Of a stretch of 64,000 bases of DNA, positions 36,661-46,653 are shown piece after piece (positions within the stretch are counted from its first letter, which is position 1; each line of letters starts with the position of its first letter). This DNA is from Acetofilamentum sp. (GTDB lineage: Bacteria > Bacteroidota > Bacteroidia > Bacteroidales > DYOH01). Under the pieces are notes generated by a model. It did not search any database and was not told where the DNA came from. It saw nothing but the letters and a program-made list of their open reading frames with translations. Location of the stretch: assembly GCA_020720625.1 (NCBI GenBank), contig DYOH01000007.1:11848-75847 (forward strand), read 5' to 3'. The position numbers and the translations under genes were made by a program.

Positions 36661-37827
36661 ATGGTTGAATTTTACGAAAAAGTTGGTCTTTCTTCAAATT
36701 ATAGTAATTCGTTGCTTGTTAATGAATTAATGAGTGTTTTCTTGTTTTTTTTCCTTTTGGCTTTTATTGCGCAATTATTTTATTATCTCTATTTTTATTT
36801 GCGTATTTATCAGAAAGATAAAACAGTAATACCTCAGTTTTTGCCGTCGGTTTCGGTGGTTATTGCCGCCCGAAACGAAGCATGGAATTTGCAAAAATAT
36901 TTACCAAGAATACTTAATCAGCAATATGCCGATTTTGAAGTAATTGTGGTAAACGATGCATCACAGGATGAAAGTGTGGAGGTGCTGGAATCTTTTAAAC
37001 GGCAATATCCGCATTTTTACTATACATCTATTCCTTACGACGAAGTTTATGCCCATGGCAAAAAACTTGCACTTTTGGTAGGTGTAAAAGCGGCAAAAAA
37101 AGATTGGATCTTATTTACCGACGCCGATTGTTACCCCGCCACAGAAAACTGGATAAATGAGTTTTCACGGAAAATGGATAGCAAAGCTGAGATAGTTCTT
37201 GGTTTTGGAGGATATTTAAGTAGAGTTGGTTTTTTGAATAAATTAATTCGCTATGATGCGATTGCTATTGCCATTCAGTATTTTGGGTTTGCCAACGCAG
37301 GCATGAGTTATATGGGGGTTGGGCGCAATATGGCCGTTAGAAAATCGTCGCTTCTGAAGTTAAAGAAATATGTAGCTCATTCGCACGTATTATCGGGTGC
37401 GGACGATTTAATAGTGAATGAATTAGCTAATAAAGAGAATGTAAGGGTTCTCACTTCGACCGAGAGTTTTAGCTATTCAAATCCAAAGGTAAATTTTTCT
37501 GAATGGAAATTACAGAAAGCCAGGCATCTAAGTTCGTCTCATTTTTATAAAGCGGGTCATAAGATTTTGCTACTTTTAGAACCAGTTTCCCGATTTATTT
37601 TTTATACTGGATTTTTACTTTTTATTATTTATCAATTCAAAATTGCTGCTGCCTTGTATTTATTCAGATTGCTTTTTTTTACCATTACATGGATTAAGGC
37701 CGGAATAAAATTTAATGCCAAAGATATTATTTTTTATAGTTTAATTTTTGATACATTTGTATATATAATTATTGGCTCGATTTCTGTGTTTACGAGATTT
37801 GGCCGTCAAAAAATCAAATGGAAGTAA
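36661..37827 (+). CDS. Family 2 glycosyltransferase with C-terminal membrane segment
   Basis: 388-aa ORF. N-terminal TM, then VSVVIAARNEAWNL...VVNDASQDES...FTDADC (DxD), then C-terminal TM helices. Confidence 0.8.
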   Translation: MVEFYEKVGLSSNYSNSLLVNELMSVFLFFFLLAFIAQLFYYLYFYLRIYQKDKTVIPQFLPSVSVVIAARNEAWNLQKYLPRILNQQYADFEVIVVNDASQDESVEVLESFKRQYPHFYYTSIPYDEVYAHGKKLALLVGVKAAKKDWILFTDADCYPATENWINEFSRKMDSKAEIVLGFGGYLSRVGFLNKLIRYDAIAIAIQYFGFANAGMSYMGVGRNMAVRKSSLLKLKKYVAHSHVLSGADDLIVNELANKENVRVLTSTESFSYSNPKVNFSEWKLQKARHLSSSHFYKAGHKILLLLEPVSRFIFYTGFLLFIIYQFKIAAALYLFRLLFFTITWIKAGIKFNAKDIIFYSLIFDTFVYIIIGSISVFTRFGRQKIKWK

Positions 37828-38447
37828 CAGCAAATTTTACTGATAAGGCAAAACGTGATTTAGACTTGGTTGAAAGCGCAAAGAAAGGAAATCAAAAGGC
37901 TTTTACCCAACTGTTGGAGTATTATCGCGATTCAATATTCCATCTGCTCATAAATATGGTAAAATCGGAAGACGATGCTGAAGACCTTACCCTGGAAACT
38001 TTTGGAAAAGCTTTTAAAAGTTTAGATCAATATATTCCTAATTTTGCTTTTAGCACCTGGCTTTTTAAAATTGCATCTAACAAAGGAGTAGATTTTTTGC
38101 GAAAAAGAAGAAATAAGGTTACTCATATCCCTCTGCAATCCAACGAAACAGAAGAGAATAATTGGCAACCGATACATTCGCTGAAATTTGCGGGATTGGA
38201 TCCAGAAGAAACGCTCATTGCCAAGCAAAACACCATTTTTACCCGAAAAATAATACAAAATTTAAGTGAACCCTATAAGGAAATTATTGAAATGCGCTAT
38301 TTAGACGAGCTTTCGTACCTGGAAATAGCAGAGCAGCTTGAATTGCCTGTGGGTACTGTAAAAGCCAGATTACACAGAGGGCGCGAACTTATGTTGCAGG
38401 CTTTGAAGGTGCTTCGCGAAGGAGATGAACTTAACGACGACAATTAA
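37818..38447 (+). CDS. ECF-type sigma-70 family RNA polymerase sigma factor
   Basis: 209-aa ORF. Region 2: AFTQLLEYYRDSIFHLL...DAEDLTLETFGKAF...FSTWLFKIASNKGVDFLRKR. Region 4: MRYLDELSYLEIAEQLELPVGTVKARLHRGR. The ATG overlaps the GT2 stop (ATGGAAGTAA). Confidence 0.85.
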   Translation: MEVTANFTDKAKRDLDLVESAKKGNQKAFTQLLEYYRDSIFHLLINMVKSEDDAEDLTLETFGKAFKSLDQYIPNFAFSTWLFKIASNKGVDFLRKRRNKVTHIPLQSNETEENNWQPIHSLKFAGLDPEETLIAKQNTIFTRKIIQNLSEPYKEIIEMRYLDELSYLEIAEQLELPVGTVKARLHRGRELMLQALKVLREGDELNDDN

Positions 38448-39065
38448 ATGGATACTATACGTAAATATTTTTCTGATTTAGACGCTGAAACTGATGGAAA
38501 CTTTGCGAAAATGATGCAATTATACAGGGAATGGAATTCTTCTGTAAATTTAATTTCTAGAAAAGATATCGATTTTTTGGAGATTCATCATATTTTGCAC
38601 TCACTGGCCATTGCTAAATGTGTGCAGTTTCCAAAAAATGCCGAAGTTTTGGATATGGGAACCGGTGGTGGATTTCCGGGTATTCCTTTGGCCTTGCTTT
38701 TTCCCGATACAAAATTTACTTTGATGGATTCAATTGGAAAAAAAATAATGGTGGTGCAGGATATTGCACAAAAACTCGAATTGAAAAACGTTGAAGCCGT
38801 AAAAGCACGTAGTAACGAATATAAATTAAAAAAGTTTGATTTTATTATTAGTCGTGCAGTAAGCTCTTTACCACAGTTTTATGCTGATATCAAGCATTTA
38901 ATTAACAAACCTTCGCAATATGCAGAGTCAGGCATCTATTACCTTAAGGGCGGCGATTTTTCCGATGAATTAGATCAGTTTCGTAAGCATAAAATCTTTC
39001 CAATAAAAAATATGTTTACCGAAGAATATTTTCAAACTAAATATGTGGTTTACATCAAGTTTTAG
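38448..39065 (+). CDS. rsmG: 16S rRNA (guanine527-N7)-methyltransferase
   Basis: 205-aa ORF. The SAM motif is VLDMGTGGGFPGIPLA. The ATG directly abuts the sigma-factor TAA. Confidence 0.9.
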   Translation: MDTIRKYFSDLDAETDGNFAKMMQLYREWNSSVNLISRKDIDFLEIHHILHSLAIAKCVQFPKNAEVLDMGTGGGFPGIPLALLFPDTKFTLMDSIGKKIMVVQDIAQKLELKNVEAVKARSNEYKLKKFDFIISRAVSSLPQFYADIKHLINKPSQYAESGIYYLKGGDFSDELDQFRKHKIFPIKNMFTEEYFQTKYVVYIKF

Positions 39066-39187
39066 TTTCAAAGTAGATTTCTTGCCACGCCTAACTAAAC
39101 TAAATCTATGTTTGAATTTATTTATTACAATAATATATTCCGTGGTTTTCTGATTATCAAAAAAAATGAATGATTCGTAGTTCAATG

Positions 39188-41125
39188 TCAAGGTCTTTCT
39201 TCTTTTAGTTGTTCAAGTTCTAAATGAATTTTCTCCCATTGATTCATCGCTTCCTGCGATTTTTTTTTATATTTGTTATACTCATCAGAAAGCTGATGTA
39301 TATCAAATTGTGGGTTTCCCGATGATAGTTTTTCTTCTATTCCGGCAATTTTAAGGTCAGTTTCTTCTATCAATTTTTCTACTTGTTCAATTTCTTTTTC
39401 TGCTTTTCTAATAAGTTTGTCGTGCTCTTTTCTTTGGAGATAATTTTTTTTTGATTCAGAATCCTCAATATTTTCGGTAGCTCTGGTTTTTATGGCACTG
39501 TAAAATGCCAATTGCTCTTCTTCGAGTTTAGATTGGAGAATATGTGCTACACTATCCAAATGTAATTTTACTTTTTGCTTGCTGAATTCGTAAACTTTGT
39601 TGGGCAAATTTTCGAGAAAATACCTATCGTGCGAAACAAGAATGAGCGTTCCGTCGTAGTTAATCAAAGCATCTTTTAAAATGTCTTTGGAAATCATATC
39701 CAAGTGGTTTGTAGGCTCATCGAGGATAAGCAAATTATAGGGTTTTAAAAGAAGTTGCGCAATGGCAAGCCTGGCTTTTTCGCCGCCTGAGAGCACGCTT
39801 ACTTTTTTGTCGATGGTATCGCCGCCAAACATAAAAGCGCCCAAAATATCGCGTACTTTTGTGCGAATATCCCCCACGGCAATATCGTCAATGGTTTGAA
39901 AAACAGTTTTATTTTCGTCAAGCAGTAGTTCTTGATTTTGCGCAAAGTAACCAATCTCAACATTATGTCCGAGTTTAATCTCGCCGCTATAGGGAGTTTG
40001 GTTAAGAATTAATTTTACTAAAGTAGATTTGCCTTCCCCGTTTTTACCAATAAATGCTACTTTGTCGCCTCTTTCTATCGTAAAATCGATGTCATTAAGC
40101 ACCTGTAAATCGCTATAGCTTTTAGAAACTCTTGTACCTTCAATCACGATAGTTCCGGAGCGTGGAGCCGGAGGAAATTTTATACTAATATGCGATTTAT
40201 CTATTTCGTCTATCTCCAGACGATCAATTTTATCAAGATGTTTAATTCTTGATTGCACCTGAACTGCTTTGGTTGCCTTATACCTAAATCTTTCGATAAA
40301 TTTTTCGGTTTCCTGAATCATTTTTTGTTGATTTTCGTAGGCAGCCAATTGTTGCATTAGCCTTTCGTGGCGCAGTTGCACATATTTTGAATAAGCTACT
40401 TTGTAATCGTAAACTTTTCCCATAGATATTTCTACTGTTCTTTGTGTTAGATTGTCGAGAAATTTTCTGTCGTGCGAAATTACCAATACCGCACCCTTGT
40501 ACGCCTTTAGAAAATTTTCGAGCCATTGTATCGATTCAATATCAAGGTGGTTGGTAGGTTCATCCAGTAAAAATGCATCGGGACGTTTGAGCAATATTTT
40601 GGCCAATTCTATGCGCATTCTCCATCCACCGCTGAATTCTTTGGTTGGACGTTCAAAATCTTTATCGCTAAAGCCCAAGCCTTTTAATACCTGCTCGGCG
40701 GTAGCTTCCATTTTTTCGGGTTCAAAAAAAGCCAGTCTCTCGTTTTTTTCGCTCACTCTATTTATTAAGGCAGCATACTCGTCTGATTCGTAGTCGGTTC
40801 TGTGACTTATATCCTTGTTTAACTGGTCTATTTCTGCTTTTAACTGATGCACGGTTTCAAAAGCCTTTAATGCTTCTTTTCGCACTGTAAGACTGTCGCT
40901 ATAGGTAATTTGTTGAGGTAAATATCCAAGCACAAAATCTTTGGGCATACTGATTTGTCCGGAGCTGGCTTGCTCCAACCCGGTAATTAGTTTGAGCAGG
41001 GTCGATTTTCCTGCTCCGTTTTTTCCTACAAGTCCGATTTTATCCTGAGCGGTGATTAAAAAGGATATTTGTTTGAATAACTGAAATTTACCAAAATCTA
41101 CGCTTACTTCGTTTATGCTTATCAT
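39188..41125 (-). CDS. ABC-F family ATPase (two ABC domains plus C-terminal coiled coil)
   Basis: 645-aa ORF. Walker A motifs: GKNGAGKST and GKNGEGKST. Signature motifs: FSGGWRMR and LSGGEKAR. Walker B motifs: LLDEPTNHLD (twice). No TM domains. Confidence 0.9.
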   Translation of the reverse strand: MISINEVSVDFGKFQLFKQISFLITAQDKIGLVGKNGAGKSTLLKLITGLEQASSGQISMPKDFVLGYLPQQITYSDSLTVRKEALKAFETVHQLKAEIDQLNKDISHRTDYESDEYAALINRVSEKNERLAFFEPEKMEATAEQVLKGLGFSDKDFERPTKEFSGGWRMRIELAKILLKRPDAFLLDEPTNHLDIESIQWLENFLKAYKGAVLVISHDRKFLDNLTQRTVEISMGKVYDYKVAYSKYVQLRHERLMQQLAAYENQQKMIQETEKFIERFRYKATKAVQVQSRIKHLDKIDRLEIDEIDKSHISIKFPPAPRSGTIVIEGTRVSKSYSDLQVLNDIDFTIERGDKVAFIGKNGEGKSTLVKLILNQTPYSGEIKLGHNVEIGYFAQNQELLLDENKTVFQTIDDIAVGDIRTKVRDILGAFMFGGDTIDKKVSVLSGGEKARLAIAQLLLKPYNLLILDEPTNHLDMISKDILKDALINYDGTLILVSHDRYFLENLPNKVYEFSKQKVKLHLDSVAHILQSKLEEEQLAFYSAIKTRATENIEDSESKKNYLQRKEHDKLIRKAEKEIEQVEKLIEETDLKIAGIEEKLSSGNPQFDIHQLSDEYNKYKKKSQEAMNQWEKIHLELEQLKEERP

Positions 41126-41360
41126 GCTTTTTTTGATTTGTGCAAAAATAGAAAAATACCTGTCAGAATTGGAAAAATATTTTATACAGCTTGTTTGTTT
41201 TTTTAAGTTCTTGATTTCTAATTAAACGTAAAATCAGGGGATAGAACATTACAAAAATCATTTTTTGGTGATATACAATTATAATACCTTCGTTCTATCA
41301 AATTGAAAACGTTTGTGCGCAATTTTGCCATCAATTTTAATGCAACTAAAAAAATATGAT

Positions 41361-42698
41361 ATGAAAAAAATTTTACTTATCGGTGCCGGCTTATCTTCGT
41401 CAACTTTAATAAAATATTTGCTCGACAATGCAGAACAGAATCAATGGGAGCTTATTGTGGCCGACCAGTCGGAAGAATTGGCCCGCAAAAAAATCGGAAG
41501 CAGTAAATTTGGCATTGCCATTGCTTTTAATGCCTACGACACGGCCTTACGCAACGAATTAATTTCTAAATCTGATATCGTTATTTCTATGCTTCCGGCT
41601 AGCATGCATTATTTGGTGGCCGACGATTGTATAAAGTATTTTAAGCCATTGGTAACTGCTTCTTATGTTTCCGATCATATAAAAAACATGGACCAGGATT
41701 TGAAGAATAAAGGTCTTTTATTCTTGAACGAAATTGGGCTGGATCCGGGCATCGACCACATGTCGGCCATGAAAATTATTGACGAAATTCGTGAGAAAGG
41801 CGGGAATATTGAAGTTTTTGAATCTAACACAGGTGGATTAGTGGCCCCCGAATTCGACAATAATCCTTGGAATTATAAATTTACCTGGAATCCGCGAAAT
41901 GTTGTGGTAGCAGGGCAGGCAGGTGCCCGTTTTCTCGACCGTGGGCAAATAAAATATATTCCTTATCACCAGCTTTTTAGACGAACTGAAATTTTGAATG
42001 TGCTCGAATATGGCGAATTTGAATCCATTCCAAACAGAGATTCGCTGCAGTATATCGAAATTTATGGTCTTGATGCAATAAAAACCATGTATCGAGGCAC
42101 TTTTCGTAAGCCCGGTTTTGCTTCGGGATGGCACATGCTTGTGCAATTGGGACTTACCGACGATAGTTTTAAGATTAAAGGTTCCGATAAACTTTCATAT
42201 CGCGATTTTACAAATGCTTTTATGCCTTATGGGCAAGACCGTACTGTGGAAGAGAAAGTTTGCGATTATTTAGGTTTTGGTATTGGCTCCGAAACTATGC
42301 AAAAATTACGCTGGTTGGGATTATTCGATAAAAAGCCTGTAGCAATGAAAAATGCTAGTCCGGCGCAAATTTTGCAGAAACTTCTCGAAGAGAAATGGGC
42401 ACTTCAGGATGACGATTTAGACATGATTGTGATGCAGCATCAGTTTATTTATTCTTTGAATGGCAAGCGCAAAAAAAATATTTCTTCTATGATAATCAAA
42501 GGGCAGAATCAGGTGCATACGGCCATGTCTATTACCGTGGGATTGCCTATGGCCATTGCCGTTAAATTTATTTTAAATGGTGTAATAAACGATACAGGCG
42601 TGAAAATTCCGGTCGAAAAATCCATCTATCAACCTGTTTTGGCTGAGCTGGAACAATTTGGCATACGATTTATTGAAGAAGAGTTTGATTTGGATTAA
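41361..42698 (+). CDS. Saccharopine dehydrogenase-family NAD(P)-binding oxidoreductase
   Basis: The track start at 41313 is a non-ATG extension. The ATG at 41361 gives MKKILLIGAGLSSSTLIKYL (Rossmann fold). Also GLDPGIDHM. Confidence 0.85.
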   Translation: MKKILLIGAGLSSSTLIKYLLDNAEQNQWELIVADQSEELARKKIGSSKFGIAIAFNAYDTALRNELISKSDIVISMLPASMHYLVADDCIKYFKPLVTASYVSDHIKNMDQDLKNKGLLFLNEIGLDPGIDHMSAMKIIDEIREKGGNIEVFESNTGGLVAPEFDNNPWNYKFTWNPRNVVVAGQAGARFLDRGQIKYIPYHQLFRRTEILNVLEYGEFESIPNRDSLQYIEIYGLDAIKTMYRGTFRKPGFASGWHMLVQLGLTDDSFKIKGSDKLSYRDFTNAFMPYGQDRTVEEKVCDYLGFGIGSETMQKLRWLGLFDKKPVAMKNASPAQILQKLLEEKWALQDDDLDMIVMQHQFIYSLNGKRKKNISSMIIKGQNQVHTAMSITVGLPMAIAVKFILNGVINDTGVKIPVEKSIYQPVLAELEQFGIRFIEEEFDLD

Positions 42699-42720
42699 TA
42701 GTTCTATTATTTTATTGGTT

Positions 42721-42754
42721 ATCAGCATGGATTTTTTTCCATGCTGATTTTTTT
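42721..42754. terminator. Terminator hairpin between the convergent saccharopine-DH gene and the minus-strand sensor operon
   Basis: 11-bp perfect stem ATCAGCATGGA/TCCATGCTGAT with a 6-nt loop and a T7 run. Confidence 0.65.
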
Positions 42755-42959
42755 AGCTTCTCTCTTTCGAATTTTCGCTTAACGAAAATATAAAAATACT
42801 GATTACCATGGCAATAAAGATAATAAAGAAGGAGTATAGCGTTTTTGTAAGTATATTGGGGATTTGAATAATATCCCAGATTGAAAGTAAACTAAAACTT
42901 GCTGTAATGATGAGTATGCCCAAATAGAAAAAGGCAAGCATTTTTTTTACGTTGTTCAT
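42753..42959 (-). CDS. Small two-TM membrane protein
   Basis: 68-aa ORF with two hydrophobic helices. Its ATG lies 2 nt after the ABC ATPase stop, which suggests translational coupling. Confidence 0.45.
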   Translation of the reverse strand: MNNVKKMLAFFYLGILIITASFSLLSIWDIIQIPNILTKTLYSFFIIFIAMVISIFIFSLSENSKERS

Positions 42960-42961
42960 TT

Positions 42962-43948
42962 TTAGTCGTTTTTTAGGTTTGATAGTAATTCATCGAAATT
43001 TGTGGCTTTCACACATTTTGTCTCGTTTTTAATGAGCCAATATTCCTCATATATTTCTATGACGGATTCGTTTATAGAAAAGTTACAATCAAAGTTAAGC
43101 GATGCTCTTCGGAGCGCATTTAAGGTTAATTTTTGTCGTTTCTCTGAGCCAAAATTTTTAAATTTTATGGCCGCAGATATTTGGGTGTTTGGCTTAAAAT
43201 GCAAATCGGAATAATCGAAATGCACATATTCTGCCGGGAAAATATCATCGAATTTATTTTGCATAATCAAATCTTCAGGCCTCCCGTAATCGTATTTTGT
43301 TTTGTTGAAAATTAGCAATTTGTCGGCAAATTGCATGGCTAAATCCCAATCGTGGGTAGAAAAAATGATGCTACGTTTTTCTTTATTTACTAATTGTCTT
43401 AGCAGGTATATTATCTCTATTTTATTTTCGATATCCAAGAAGGCCGTAGGTTCGTCGAGCAAAATAAGTTTTGTTTGCTGACATAAAGCTTTTGCAAGTG
43501 CTATTTTTTGTTTTTCTCCATCGCTTAGATTAAATAAATTCCGGTGCAATAAATGCTCTGCCTTTACTAGTTTTAGTGCATTAAGTATTATTTCTTTGTC
43601 GGAGCTTTGCAATTTTGCATTCCATTTTAGGTAAGGTATTCTGCCTAGTGCTACATAATCAGGCACATTGAAATTAAAAGTGATATTTAAACCTGCCGGA
43701 ACATACACTAACTCTTTCGAAAGGCTTTGTATATCAATGTTTTTAATATTCTTCCCGAATAGCAAAATATTGCCGCTAAGTGCATTTTGCAATCCGGAAA
43801 GGGTTTTCAGGAAACTCGATTTTCCGATACCGTTAGGGCCGAGCAATCCTACTAATTCGGGTTTCTCAATGGAGAGATTCAGTTTGCGAATCAGTGGCGA
43901 AATATTTGGGAATCCGATATCCAGATTCTCTATTGCTAGTTGCGACAT
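42962..43948 (-). CDS. ABC transporter ATP-binding protein (FepC/BtuD-like core) with a C-terminal extension of about 90 aa; no permease nearby
   Basis: 328-aa ORF. Walker A: GPNGIGKSS. Signature: LSDGEKQK. Walker B: LLDEPTAFLD. H-loop: STHD. I do not recognise the extra C-terminal domain. Confidence 0.85.
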   Translation of the reverse strand: MSQLAIENLDIGFPNISPLIRKLNLSIEKPELVGLLGPNGIGKSSFLKTLSGLQNALSGNILLFGKNIKNIDIQSLSKELVYVPAGLNITFNFNVPDYVALGRIPYLKWNAKLQSSDKEIILNALKLVKAEHLLHRNLFNLSDGEKQKIALAKALCQQTKLILLDEPTAFLDIENKIEIIYLLRQLVNKEKRSIIFSTHDWDLAMQFADKLLIFNKTKYDYGRPEDLIMQNKFDDIFPAEYVHFDYSDLHFKPNTQISAAIKFKNFGSEKRQKLTLNALRRASLNFDCNFSINESVIEIYEEYWLIKNETKCVKATNFDELLSNLKND

Positions 43949-43998
43949 GTAAGAGGGGTGGTATTTAGGAGATGCTCAATATTATGGTATAAATTCGA

Positions 43999-46038
43999 TT
44001 AATAGCTTTCGAAATCGTCGTCTTGTAAATTGATATTAATTTTTGTGGGTTGGGACAGATTATCAAAATGCGTTTTAGATGAGCTTGTTTGGTAATCTTC
44101 TATTGATTCATTATCATCAATATTCGATATATCTGTTTTTTCTTGCTGAATTTCCGAGGCGGTATTTAATATGCTTGATGTTTCTGAAATTGTGCTCGTA
44201 TTATTGGTTTTAAACTGGTGTGCAATTTGATTTAAATCTACCACAATCTGACCTAACTCTTTAACTGTGCCCGATAACTTTTCGGTTCTCGAAAGATTGC
44301 TTTGCGAAGTTGCAGAAAGTTGCAATATTGTGGCATTTATTTGAACAACACCGTTTTCTTGTTCTTTTACCGCTTCGTTTATTCTTTTTAAATCGTCAAC
44401 CAATTCGCGAATTTTCGGAACGGCCATTTCTATAATAGCTATTGTTTTTGATGCTTTATTTTTACTGGCGTTTGAAATGGTTTTGATTTGTGCCGAAGCT
44501 TTGCTTGTTTTTGATGCCAATTTTTTTATCTCTTCGGCTACAACGGCAAATCCTTTTCCACTTTCGCCGCTTCGCGAAGCTTCAATAGCTGCATTTATTG
44601 AGAGTAAATCTGTTTTGGAAGCAATTTCGTCGATAATACTCACATGCTCGCTGATTTCGATGAGTGCATCTACTGTTTGTTTTACCGATTTGGTTAATAT
44701 TTCGAGACTTGCGCCCAAATTTTGCGCATCCTGGGTATTTTTGTTTGTTATTTCGGCATTTTGTTTGGCCATACTTAGAAATTCTTCAGTTGTTGCCGAT
44801 ATTTCTTCTATCGATGCGGCCTCTTCGTTGGCGTTTTGCACCAGATTTTCCGTTATTTCCATCACCACTTTATTTTGAGAATCTATGTTGATGGCCTTTT
44901 CCTGTAATTTTCCAACGATTTGAATGGATAGATTTTGTTTGGCTTCGTAAATTTGTTGTGCAATATAGCCTATTTCGTCTTTGGTGAAATGGGTTTCTTG
45001 AGTTGTTAAATTACCATCGGCCAATTTTTTTATTTCCTCGGCTGTTTTGTTTAAAGGGGTTATAACAAACATCTTTGTGGTGTAAATAATTATTGAGCCA
45101 TAAATTATCAGCATCAGCAATATTATGGGTATCACTATGGAGAGTTTGCCGTATACAAAGTCGTTTATAAAGCGCGATGGCTGAAATACGCCAATGTACC
45201 ATAATTCGGGGCATTCGTATTGCGTTAAGTCCATTTTTCTGTACGAAAAAATATTTTTTTCTTTATTAAAATGGTGATAAAAGAGTAAGCCCTCTTGCTT
45301 AGCGAATAATTCGTTTGGTTTAAAATGTGTGTTTATGGTGTTTTGGTTTACAAGAATACTGTCTGCATTAAAAAGAATGATAGATGTTTGGTCATCGCTA
45401 TTTTGGTATAGGCTTACTATTCTTTGGGTAAAATAGTTTAGTTTTAACTGCATAACTACAGCGCCCAAAATATTTTGGCCATCTATAATTGGTGTGAGTA
45501 AGTAAAATGTAGGTAAAGAATCGGAATAAAAGACCGGACTAACTATGGTCTTTTTCTTTTCAAGAATATTATCCAGAAGGATTTTGGTACTTTTTTTGCT
45601 TTCCTCTGATATTTTGTTTACGTTAATAAAGGGTTCGCCGTACTTTAAAGTTCTTAAGGCGGAAATGTTGAGCGTTTGATTCCGATTGATGTTTAAAACA
45701 ATGCTCAGGTTTTCTATTGCTTGATTATTTTGATAAATTCCTTTTAAAAGTGAATAGGCTTCTTGTCTGTAAACATCGTTTTGGGGCTGCTTAGAAACAT
45801 TTGTAATACGTTTTTCCTGACTTAATAAGCGGGCAATTCTTGCATTGTCTTCTATCCATAAATTAAGGCCGATATTCATATTTTTTTGTAGTATATCTGC
45901 TATGGAAATAAAATTTTTTCTGGCCTCTATACCCGCCTGACGAAAAATACTAAAGGCAATGAATCCGAGCACTACCACCAATACCGGTAGATAAATCAAA
46001 AGAAGTTTTTTGTTCAACCTGCCGTTTATTTCAGTCAT
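43999..46038 (-). CDS. Methyl-accepting chemotaxis protein (TM - about 265-aa periplasmic sensor - TM - HAMP - MCP signalling domain - flexible tail)
   Basis: 679-aa ORF. TM1 is [21 protein letters not shown] and TM2 is [25 protein letters not shown]: [17 protein letters not shown]...[13 protein letters not shown] hairpin: [40 protein letters not shown]. The C-terminus is ...DDDFESY. Confidence 0.88.
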   Translation of the reverse strand: MTEINGRLNKKLLLIYLPVLVVVLGFIAFSIFRQAGIEARKNFISIADILQKNMNIGLNLWIEDNARIARLLSQEKRITNVSKQPQNDVYRQEAYSLLKGIYQNNQAIENLSIVLNINRNQTLNISALRTLKYGEPFINVNKISEESKKSTKILLDNILEKKKTIVSPVFYSDSLPTFYLLTPIIDGQNILGAVVMQLKLNYFTQRIVSLYQNSDDQTSIILFNADSILVNQNTINTHFKPNELFAKQEGLLFYHHFNKEKNIFSYRKMDLTQYECPELWYIGVFQPSRFINDFVYGKLSIVIPIILLMLIIYGSIIIYTTKMFVITPLNKTAEEIKKLADGNLTTQETHFTKDEIGYIAQQIYEAKQNLSIQIVGKLQEKAINIDSQNKVVMEITENLVQNANEEAASIEEISATTEEFLSMAKQNAEITNKNTQDAQNLGASLEILTKSVKQTVDALIEISEHVSIIDEIASKTDLLSINAAIEASRSGESGKGFAVVAEEIKKLASKTSKASAQIKTISNASKNKASKTIAIIEMAVPKIRELVDDLKRINEAVKEQENGVVQINATILQLSATSQSNLSRTEKLSGTVKELGQIVVDLNQIAHQFKTNNTSTISETSSILNTASEIQQEKTDISNIDDNESIEDYQTSSSKTHFDNLSQPTKININLQDDDFESY

Positions 46039-46039
46039 T

Positions 46040-46558
46040 TTATTCTATTTTAACTGCATTTTCCGGTTCGGTAAGGCTGGTAGAAGGAATTAGGCCTTTT
46101 GATTTCATGTGTGGAATAATTACTTCGTATTTTAATTGACCATCTTCTGCAAAGAAATTGATACAGGAGCCTTTTTCGTTTAATCCTTTTTTATCGGTTA
46201 TAACCAATGTTGCGTTTGATGATGTTTGTGCCAAAATTTCGGGTAAGAATTTGTTCGATGAGCTGGGTACATAAATTATGTGGCATTTTCCCATTTCCGA
46301 AGGCGATGAAATGCCTTTTACTTCGATATTCTGAGCTCCTACTTTTTTTGTTTGAGCAATACTGGTTAATTCTTTCAAAACCTGGCTCTCTCCAATTACT
46401 TGCATTACAAAATTTCCTTGTGTGTAATCTGTTGGCCATCCTATTACGCGGGTAAAGTTGTAAATCATCAAAGCTTTGAATTTATCGTCCTGAGCGTTTG
46501 TTTGTTCAAAATGGAACAAAAGGGTGAGTAAAGCTAAAATTCCGATATATTTTTTCAT
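46040..46558 (-). CDS. Periplasmic YfiR/DUF4154-family protein
   Basis: The track start is 46597; the ATG at 46558 gives the signal peptide [23 protein letters not shown]. Single domain: [15 protein letters not shown]...FVMQVIG...CHIIYVP...LVITD...[14 protein letters not shown]. Its stop lies 1 nt before the MCP ATG. Confidence 0.75.
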   Translation of the reverse strand: MKKYIGILALLTLLFHFEQTNAQDDKFKALMIYNFTRVIGWPTDYTQGNFVMQVIGESQVLKELTSIAQTKKVGAQNIEVKGISSPSEMGKCHIIYVPSSSNKFLPEILAQTSSNATLVITDKKGLNEKGSCINFFAEDGQLKYEVIIPHMKSKGLIPSTSLTEPENAVKIE

Positions 46559-46653
46559 ACTTACACATTTTTTTTGTGAATATTTTTTTCTATACAAATA
46601 TATTTAATTTTTATTAAACGTTGAATTCTTTAACATGTTTGAAATTCGATTAT

